Origin: a virus
Taxonomy: Duplodnaviria; Heunggongvirae; Uroviricota; Caudoviricetes
Virus record (IMG/VR): IMGVR_UViG_3300042256_000013
Coordinates: 128,001 to 192,000 of that record
Strand: one strand, 5' to 3'
Length of the DNA stretch: 64,000 bases
The notes beneath the pieces are model-generated. The model had not been told where the DNA came from. It worked only from the letters and a program-made list of their open reading frames with translations, and searched no databases. A program made the position numbers and the translations under genes. Position 1 is the stretch's first letter; the number at the start of each line of letters is the position of its first letter. Positions 53,078-64,000 of the stretch are shown here, piece by piece.

Positions 53078-53580
53078 TAGTCACCAATTCCTAAAAATAA
53101 ATCTTGGATTTTTTCATTTTCATCTGCAAAATATACACATGGTGGATTTCCACCGGGTTGAAGTGGTACTGCAAGAAGATTTTTCTTAGGAAGCATTGGT
53201 ATCTGCCACTTAGTTGTTAATGTGAATACTCTTAGTACTTTAACTTGTTCATATCGTGGATACATAGATCGAATAGGATTGTAAACGAAAGCATGTGGCT
53301 CTTTCATATTCAAAATATTCTCAATAGTACACATTTCCATCATACCAGTGTCTTCATCTCCGAGCAAGATTTGCCAACTGAGAGGCACCTGGACAATATG
53401 ATTTCCAATTTGTAAGTCAGCACTAATACTATTAAACGAAACTGTATTCAGAATATGTTTAAAATAGTAATCAGCATTTTCAACCGAGCTTAGATCTAAT
53501 ACGCAGTACATTTCTTCTGGAATGGTATCAGTTACCAAATCCATTTCAAATGCATAATTTTCAGGGGTTAATACGTTCAT
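53077..53580 (-). CDS. hypothetical protein
   Basis: 167 aa, coupled. Confidence 0.75.
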   Translation of the reverse strand: MNVLTPENYAFEMDLVTDTIPEEMYCVLDLSSVENADYYFKHILNTVSFNSISADLQIGNHIVQVPLSWQILLGDEDTGMMEMCTIENILNMKEPHAFVYNPIRSMYPRYEQVKVLRVFTLTTKWQIPMLPKKNLLAVPLQPGGNPPCVYFADENEKIQDLFLGIGD

Positions 53581-53589
53581 GTGAATTCC

Positions 53590-54030
53590 TTAGTAGTAAT
53601 TGTCATTTTCATCTTCGTCAGAATCCAGATAATAATCTTCATCATCATCTGAACTGCCGTAGAACTCCAATCCATAAGTTTCACACAATTCTTGAATTTT
53701 ATCAGTGTCAGTATCAAGGTACGCATCAAAATTACCAGTTACACTGATAACGTCAATGTACGATTTACCATCAGTACTGGCATAGATAATATCATATTTG
53801 CGTTCTTGATCAAACTTATCATCTAATCGAACTTTAATGTCGTAGATGTTGACCCAAGAATCACCGTTGCAATCGCAACGGTACACATAGGTATCTGTAG
53901 TTTCCAACTCTGGAATAAAGTCTACAGAGAATACCATGTCGTCAATCATTGATTCTTCCGTTATCAGGGCATCAATGATTTCTAAAATTTCAGAATCGCC
54001 AATAAAGGCAATACTTGATCGAAGTTCCAT
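53590..54030 (-). CDS. acidic hypothetical protein
   Basis: 146 aa; promoter 54063-54091. Confidence 0.75.
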   Translation of the reverse strand: MELRSSIAFIGDSEILEIIDALITEESMIDDMVFSVDFIPELETTDTYVYRCDCNGDSWVNIYDIKVRLDDKFDQERKYDIIYASTDGKSYIDVISVTGNFDAYLDTDTDKIQELCETYGLEFYGSSDDDEDYYLDSDEDENDNYY

Positions 54031-54062
54031 TTCAAAATATCCTTATTATTTTGTTTGTCTAT

Positions 54063-54091
54063 ATTATAGCACAAAAATGCCATTCATTCCA
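54063..54091 (-). promoter_or_regulatory. TGGAAT-N17-TATAAT promoter
   Basis: Heads the operon ending in dnaE-C. Confidence 0.7.
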
Positions 54092-55568
54092 TTTTTTCCC
54101 AATCTTCCACTACCATTTCGACATATGGATATTGGACTTCTTTATAATATGCTATTCGTTCTCTTGAGTGCTTAGCACTGTACTTATTAGAACCGAATAT
54201 ATCATAAATTTCAACATGGTCTTTATCTTCAGCACGGCGTAAACCACGACCGATACTTTGAATAGTACGAACAAAACTTTTTCCTGGTTCGATAAGTACA
54301 ACATTGTACAAACGACTAATACTGATACCAGTACTCGCAACACCATAGGTAGCGATCAATATCTTATTATCAGCCCATCGTATCTCACCATAGGATGCTT
54401 CACGGTCTTTCTTCTTAGTATTACCACGAACGAACTCTGACCTTGGGATACTTAATGCATCACAAAGTAGTTCACCTGCTTCTAATCTATCTACTAACAC
54501 TAATGTGTTACCAGATTCAGCAATTGCTGAGATTAAAGTAGCAATATAAGACATTCGATCATTATCAGTTACCAAATACTTTAGTTCTTCCTGATAATTT
54601 CCAAATTTTAGAGCACTTTTTAATTTAATGCAATTCACATTACATGTACTAAGAATCTTCTTATCCTGTAGTTCTTTAGCAGATATAGTGTAGATAACAT
54701 CACCTACATTACATTTTATCTTTGCTGCTAGTACTGGATCTTTAGGAATAGTACCTGTCAAGCCCCAACGTAGAGGAATGTTACGCATTACTTGTCCTAG
54801 TACTGCATGTAGTGCTTCTGCTGCACTGGTATGTGCTTCATCTACTATTACTGCAATTACACCATTAATGAAGTCATGAACATCTTCTTCAGTAAGTTCT
54901 ACTTCACCTTTCTTTGTCTTTTTCCACAAAGAGTTTAATGATTGCCAAGTTGTAATAGTATGTTGATGACCAAGTTCTTTTTTATCACCATAAAACACAC
55001 CCGCATCTAATCCGACCATTGCATAGTCGTTGTATGTTTGTTGTACTAAGTCCTTATTAGGAACAATTACGATACTTCTACCATATTTTTCCACGGACTT
55101 AGACATTGCAGCGGTAATTAATGTCTTTCCTGAACTTGTACTTGCTAATAGTAATCCATGTGGATTTTGTAGACAAGTGTTTACAGCGTTTACTTGGTGT
55201 TCACGGAGGATAATCTTTTTACCTTCCATGTGATGACCCGCTGGGAATTCTACATAATCAAAAATGTTTTCATCAATTGCATCGAACTCAAAATTATGTT
55301 CAATACGTTGATCATCAATCTCAATCATTACATCATGTTTTTCAAGAATTGGAAGTAATTGATCCAACATGTGGTAGTGAGTACTACCACCCATATTCAT
55401 AAAGTTTACCTTTCCATCCCAACGACCCATTCGACCTGCTGGAGTGAATTTTGCGTATGGTAATACGTAGGATACTTTACGAATCATTTCTTGACGAACA
55501 TTAGGGGCAAGCCCCTCAAATTTACAGTTAACTTCATCCTGAAGTATTAACTTACAAGTTCCACTCAT
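54084..55568 (-). CDS. uvsW: SF2 helicase UvsW
   Basis: WDGK, LREHQ, TSSGKT, DEAH, GLTGT, ATYGVASTGISI, QSIGRGLR. Confidence 0.92.
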   Translation of the reverse strand: MSGTCKLILQDEVNCKFEGLAPNVRQEMIRKVSYVLPYAKFTPAGRMGRWDGKVNFMNMGGSTHYHMLDQLLPILEKHDVMIEIDDQRIEHNFEFDAIDENIFDYVEFPAGHHMEGKKIILREHQVNAVNTCLQNPHGLLLASTSSGKTLITAAMSKSVEKYGRSIVIVPNKDLVQQTYNDYAMVGLDAGVFYGDKKELGHQHTITTWQSLNSLWKKTKKGEVELTEEDVHDFINGVIAVIVDEAHTSAAEALHAVLGQVMRNIPLRWGLTGTIPKDPVLAAKIKCNVGDVIYTISAKELQDKKILSTCNVNCIKLKSALKFGNYQEELKYLVTDNDRMSYIATLISAIAESGNTLVLVDRLEAGELLCDALSIPRSEFVRGNTKKKDREASYGEIRWADNKILIATYGVASTGISISRLYNVVLIEPGKSFVRTIQSIGRGLRRAEDKDHVEIYDIFGSNKYSAKHSRERIAYYKEVQYPYVEMVVEDWEKME

Positions 55569-55596
55569 CCTTGAGTCCTTTATCTGTTTTTAATTC

Positions 55597-56484
55597 TTAA
55601 CCTTCTGGATATTCTTGTCCATCATGAAGATCCATATCAGTATTGTCGAACGAAATAAGACCAGCCTCGATTCTACGAGTAATTTCCACTTCTACAGTAT
55701 GAGCAAGGTCTGCATCGAAGTTTGGCATTTCAGAATTCATTACATCCATGTTCATAATCATCCATTCCAGATAATTCATGGGTACATCTTCCATAGCCCA
55801 ACCTTTATGCTTACCAATAGTCATAGTACTGTAGCATATTGGTGTATTAGCTAGTTTTACTACTTGAGAACCAATTTCCTTACTGGTATCAATCAAGTTT
55901 CGTTCGATTGCTATATTTACTAAGTGCGAAAGTACCTTATATGTCATATAAACATCGTCTTCAGCACTATGAGGAACGATTTTATGTGTACAAGTCTTAT
56001 ATAACTCAAATTTGAACCATAAGAAGCTCAATGTGAGGTTTTTAAATTCAATATCTTCTGCAAATAGCTTTTTAGCCAGTTTCAAAGTACAAATCCAGCT
56101 TTCATCATTATCAAACGATGGCATTTCCACAAATGGAAGATGTTTTGAGTTGTTTTTCTGTAACATTCGACGGTCGAACTGCACATTGTGTCCTACATAG
56201 TACTGTTTAAGGTCGAATAACGGATAAAACTCAGTATGTTTGTCCGAAAATGAAGATTCGTTTTCTAGATCTTCAGTTGTAATGAAGTGTACGGCTGATG
56301 CTCCTGCTGGAACGTCATGCGTTGGTTTGAAACGTGTTGTATAGTTGTATACGTCATCAAATGAGTCATCTGAACTCACTGGAAACGACGCACTGAACTC
56401 AATAATGTCTGAATCATCATCAGTTCCAGTTGTTTCAGTATCTAATATCATAACATTATTGTAAAAATTGTCAAGCTCTTTCAT
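55597..56484 (-). CDS. DEDDh 3'-5' exonuclease (ExoX/epsilon-like) with DUF3820-like C-terminal motif
   Basis: LDTETTG, GHNVQFD, CTLKLA, HSAEDD; MTIGKHKG..MEDVP..YLEWM. Confidence 0.85.
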   Translation of the reverse strand: MKELDNFYNNVMILDTETTGTDDDSDIIEFSASFPVSSDDSFDDVYNYTTRFKPTHDVPAGASAVHFITTEDLENESSFSDKHTEFYPLFDLKQYYVGHNVQFDRRMLQKNNSKHLPFVEMPSFDNDESWICTLKLAKKLFAEDIEFKNLTLSFLWFKFELYKTCTHKIVPHSAEDDVYMTYKVLSHLVNIAIERNLIDTSKEIGSQVVKLANTPICYSTMTIGKHKGWAMEDVPMNYLEWMIMNMDVMNSEMPNFDADLAHTVEVEITRRIEAGLISFDNTDMDLHDGQEYPEG

Positions 56485-56527
56485 AGCTTTCTCCAAAAAG
56501 CAAAAAGGACGCATAAGCGTCCTTTAA

Positions 56528-56992
56528 TTAATCTAATCGTGCGTCTTCAATTCCAGCAGTTCTAAGTTTAACTATATTGTTCAACTGAAATGCTTTCATT
56601 TCTAACGATTTTACTATCCCTAATAGTTGATTTCTAATGTATGCTACATCTGCAATCAATATAGAGAGAGCAACAACATCTGGATCACCTTCAACGTACT
56701 TTTTACAGTCCGATGAAGTAAGCTGACGCTTATAGTGTTCATAAAGTTGTTTAAATTTCTCAGATTCGAGTTGTTTTAACTCTATTTCCAAGACTTCAAG
56801 TACTGTTTCGACTTGTTGGAGTTGGCTGAACCGAAGTTCGTGATAAGCTGGCAATCTTTGAGATAATGTTTCAATAACACCAGATTGCTTTACTTCACGC
56901 CTGGCGTCTTCTAACTCATTTTCAAAGAAATCGACCATATCGACTATCTTTGATTTATCATCTTTGATGATCCAATGCCATGCTTTAGCCAT
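56528..56992 (-). CDS. uvsY: recombination mediator UvsY
   Basis: KYVEGDPDV...K.LE.K.FQLNNIVKLR.AG; between uvsX and uvsW. Confidence 0.75.
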   Translation of the reverse strand: MAKAWHWIIKDDKSKIVDMVDFFENELEDARREVKQSGVIETLSQRLPAYHELRFSQLQQVETVLEVLEIELKQLESEKFKQLYEHYKRQLTSSDCKKYVEGDPDVVALSILIADVAYIRNQLLGIVKSLEMKAFQLNNIVKLRTAGIEDARLD

Positions 56993-56993
56993 C

Positions 56994-58151
56994 TTATTCC
57001 TCTACTACTTCTACAATATCATCTGTATCTTCTACATTGTCTAAGTCAATATCTGATCCGAAATCTTCATCACCTTTATCTGCTTCAGTTACTACTGCAA
57101 TCAGTGGATGACGAGTGAATTGTGCCATAATTAGGTCAAGGCAAGAATTGTTATTCTTTTCCCAAGCTTTACGGAATTGTTTGATTTCTTCACCAGTATC
57201 AATATCAACATAAAGTAAGCTATTGCCTGATTTAGTTACTAGACCACGTTTTTCGAACATATCTAATAGACCACTGTATGGGTTCATACCAGTGTTATAA
57301 GGAATTTTAATTTCAACATCTTCGAATGGTTTATTATAACGTGTTTTCATGATTTTACATGCAGCACGAATACCATTTACTTGTGAAACTTTGTTACCAT
57401 CCTCATCTTCTTTTAGTTTTAGTTTACGCATTGCTACCATAATAGATGAAGCATATACGAAACCAGCACCACCAGAAACTTTAGGATCTGGATCGAACAT
57501 ATCTTGAGATGCGTAGGTATGGTTAGTTGCAATTAGGCCGATATTTAAATCACCGAACATGTTTACGCAGTTCGTTACCAATGCTTTTAGTTGTTTAGCT
57601 TTACGACCCATGTCACCTTTCATATCACCGTTCTCAAATTGAGCGGTTTCTGTAGGTGTCATCAACATACCAAGTGAATCAATTACGAATAGTAGCTTAG
57701 GACGTTCTTCACGTGGAAGATCACCGAACTGATCACGATAGTCTTTTACAACATCAGCGATTAGTTTTGCTACGTCATCAATCATCGCAGCGTTAGCTTT
57801 GAACATCATTGATTCATCAGTATCTACTCCAAGATCTGTTAACCACTTATCATCAAGTGCGTTTTCAGAGTCAATTACGTATGGGTATATGCCTTGTTTT
57901 TGTGCTTCGCGGATTACATTACCGGAAACAATATAAGATTTACCAGCACCAGACTCACCAGCGAATACAGTTACTTTACCAAGTGGAATACCACCGTGGA
58001 AATCACCGCTGATAAGATAGTTCAATGCATAGTTACCAGTACTAATCCAAGTGTCAGGATCGTGAAATCCGATACTTACACCAGTCATTTTCTTGATACT
58101 ATTGGAACTATTTTTGATGATGCTTGCTAATCCAACAGACGTTTTTTTCAT
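56994..58151 (-). CDS. uvsX: RecA-like recombinase UvsX
   Basis: STG..ALN..ISG, AGESGAGKS, DSE.A, IDSLG, GDMG, TNHTY, SGG. Confidence 0.93.
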   Translation of the reverse strand: MKKTSVGLASIIKNSSNSIKKMTGVSIGFHDPDTWISTGNYALNYLISGDFHGGIPLGKVTVFAGESGAGKSYIVSGNVIREAQKQGIYPYVIDSENALDDKWLTDLGVDTDESMMFKANAAMIDDVAKLIADVVKDYRDQFGDLPREERPKLLFVIDSLGMLMTPTETAQFENGDMKGDMGRKAKQLKALVTNCVNMFGDLNIGLIATNHTYASQDMFDPDPKVSGGAGFVYASSIMVAMRKLKLKEDEDGNKVSQVNGIRAACKIMKTRYNKPFEDVEIKIPYNTGMNPYSGLLDMFEKRGLVTKSGNSLLYVDIDTGEEIKQFRKAWEKNNNSCLDLIMAQFTRHPLIAVVTEADKGDEDFGSDIDLDNVEDTDDIVEVVEE

Positions 58152-58171
58152 ATTATCTCTCCATGAAATGA

Positions 58172-58197
58172 AATCAGGGCAAATCCTTTGCCCTGAT
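58172..58197 (-). terminator. hairpin/terminator after gene 32
   Basis: ATCAGGGCAAA-tcc-TTTGCCCTGAT inverted repeat. Confidence 0.6.
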
Positions 58198-58210
58198 AAA
58201 ATCTAACTAA

Positions 58211-59260
58211 TTAGTTACCGCTTTTAGCCTTTAGCTTAGCTACTAAGTCTGCTGGTGATAGCTTCTCTTTTGGTGCTGCTTCGGTAGAAGCTGCTGGAGT
58301 TGCCGCAGGAGCAGATTCAGTTACTACAGGCTTGCTTTCTACTACTGTTTCTGTTGCTTTAACAGGAGCAGTTTTAGTAGCTGCTGGTACTGAAGTTGGA
58401 GTGTCTGTTGTGGAACCAGTTGCTGGTTTCTGAACACCTGCTGGGCGATAGAACGCAGCCCAACGTGCTGGATCATACGCTTCGCCATTTACGGATGCTT
58501 CGAACATCTCTTTGATAGCTACTAGTTCCTCTGGAGTTGGCTGTTTAGGCATGAACTCGCTAAGGTTGAATAGACCGTATGTATCTACAGCGGTGCGTTC
58601 GTCTTCGTTTAGTGGACGCTCGGAGAATTTGAACTGAGATGCGTCATAGTTGTTGAATCCACCAGCGTTTTTAGACTTGATCACACGGAAATCACGACCA
58701 TGTTCAAAATCGGTTGGTAGTTCTTCTACATCAGGGTTCATTAGAATTGATTTGATCTTTTCGAACAAATCTTTGTTCACTAGAACGCGACGGATTGGGT
58801 TCTCTGGAGCGTTGTCATCTTTGACTTCTACAGAGTTTGGAGCTACTAGGCATTGGAATAGATAAGATTTCTTTTTCCAGTACTTAGATGCTTGTTTAGA
58901 AAGATCTTCGTTTCCAGTATCTTTTGCGATTTTATACCATTGACGAATCTCGGTAAGAATCGGGCAAGAGTTTGCAACCCACATTTCATTACATGGTACT
59001 TGTAGACGAACTTTATCGGTGTGAACACCTTTAACGCCGTTGAATTCGAGATTAATCATCTCACGTTCACGCCAGAAGTACTGGTTATTGTGGTCGCCGT
59101 CTGGAAGAAAGCGTAGGTTAAGATCAGCGTTCTCTGGAATGTTCCAGAAAGCTAGGAATGCGTCAGGTTGGCGTTCGCCAGTGAAGGTTCCATTTTTTAC
59201 TGCGTCTTGTTTTGCTTGTTCTGCTGCTAATAGAGCACGAATTTCTGCTAATGATGGCAT
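58211..59260 (-). CDS. 32: single-stranded DNA-binding protein (T4 gp32-like)
   Basis: RFLP, C....CPI, YWKK..Y, G.DF...K....F.NYD.S.F; host-optimal codons. Confidence 0.88.
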   Translation of the reverse strand: MPSLAEIRALLAAEQAKQDAVKNGTFTGERQPDAFLAFWNIPENADLNLRFLPDGDHNNQYFWREREMINLEFNGVKGVHTDKVRLQVPCNEMWVANSCPILTEIRQWYKIAKDTGNEDLSKQASKYWKKKSYLFQCLVAPNSVEVKDDNAPENPIRRVLVNKDLFEKIKSILMNPDVEELPTDFEHGRDFRVIKSKNAGGFNNYDASQFKFSERPLNEDERTAVDTYGLFNLSEFMPKQPTPEELVAIKEMFEASVNGEAYDPARWAAFYRPAGVQKPATGSTTDTPTSVPAATKTAPVKATETVVESKPVVTESAPAATPAASTEAAPKEKLSPADLVAKLKAKSGN

Positions 59261-59342
59261 TTTGATTTCCTTATCAATTTGTTTCTTTGTTACTAAGTTT
59301 TGTTTCTTTGTTTGTCATTGGCTCCTTGCCGTTGACATTTCT

Positions 59343-59456
59343 ATTATACCACAATTTCTTATGGTGTTTCATTTTTTTCTGTTTTTTCGTCTCAGATGAC
59401 TATCCAAGTTTTCGCTTGGTTATGTACATTATACCACAAAATGGCATAGTGTTCCA
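59343..59456 (-). promoter_or_regulatory. tandem TGRAAY-N17-TATAAT promoters for gene 32
   Basis: TGAAAC...TATAAT at 59343-59371 and TGGAAC...TATAAT at 59428-59456. Confidence 0.7.
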
Positions 59457-59484
59457 TCTATTTAGTGAATTGGGTTGGGAGCTT

Positions 59485-60786
<1,302 letters not shown>

Positions 60787-60809
60787 TCAAATCTGTATAG
60801 ATATATTTA

Positions 60810-63150
<2,341 letters not shown>

Positions 63151-63192
63151 AATCTTCCTTAAAAAGTACTACCAAAGCAGTACTTTATTCAT

Positions 63193-63692
63193 TTATATCT
63201 GTTTTAACGTATACGTTACATCCATATAGGACTTAAAAGGCCCATATAGTGCTTCTGTATTGTTTCTTTCGTTATAAATGTCCACACTAAGGGTTAAACG
63301 TGGCAAATATGTTCCGTTTTCCCCTCTTACAAGCCACCAACCCGGATAAAAACGCTTTTTAGAGCGTTGACTCTTACGAAAAGAGCCTATTCCAAGTGGG
63401 TCATCATTCTGAATGTCAATAATGTTATCAGTATCATTAATAGGATACTCACCCAAGGCTTTTGATGTATTAGTACTATCAGTTACTTCGATTTCAGCAT
63501 AAGTGAATTCTTCACCTAATGCGTCTTCTAGTTCTTTAATGTTACTAAACTTCAAAGAACCTTCTGAAGAAAAGAACTCAATACCAGTACGTTCAGTAGT
63601 ACCTTCATCGTAATTCACTAAAATACCCATCTTTTCACCAGTATTGGTTTCTACAATGAATGAGTACTCAGTTAGAATTTTTAAAATAGCCA

Positions 63693-63693
<1 letters not shown>
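63193..63693 (-). CDS. hypothetical protein
   Basis: 166 aa, KS..Y.GWW...YGPFK motif. Confidence 0.7.

Positions 63694-64000
<307 letters not shown>

Overview
64 kb segment of an AT-rich (roughly one-third GC by eye) jumbo myophage genome with a T4-like core. The gene set resembles Rak2/GAP32/PBECO4-type enterobacterial jumbo phages; this is inferred from gene content, not from a search. Almost all genes are on the minus strand. Left (1-12.7 kb): a ~500-nt ORF-free, heavily base-paired region with its own promoter and terminator, followed by accessory genes (NADAR, LemA/TPM-like pair, DexA-like exonuclease, TelA). Middle: clamp loader, GroES, type II topoisomerase (gp52, fused gp39/60), a late operon of tandem HExxH proteins plus a KTSC protein, IF3, Dda, RNase HI, DHFR, two T4-T-like holin paralogues, NTP pyrophosphatase, YggL-like and Hfq/Sm-like proteins, NrdAB. 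Right: head-associated proteins, gp41 helicase, gp61 primase, UvsW/Y/X, gp32, the large terminase and a catalytically degenerate terminase paralogue. Main unexplained signals: (1) a candidate large structured ncRNA or R-loop origin at ~1100-1600; (2) a miniaturised DnaE (Pol III alpha) split into two intein-free genes 33 kb apart, whose ends abut in the DnaE alignment; (3) strong, window-wide over-representation of the palindrome AGTACT; (4) three promoter classes, including a TGRAAY-N17-TATAAT class and late TAAATA promoters embedded in hairpins. I saw no tRNA, rRNA, CRISPR array, intron or intein. Start codons were adjusted from the ORF track where RBS or promoter positions supported it.
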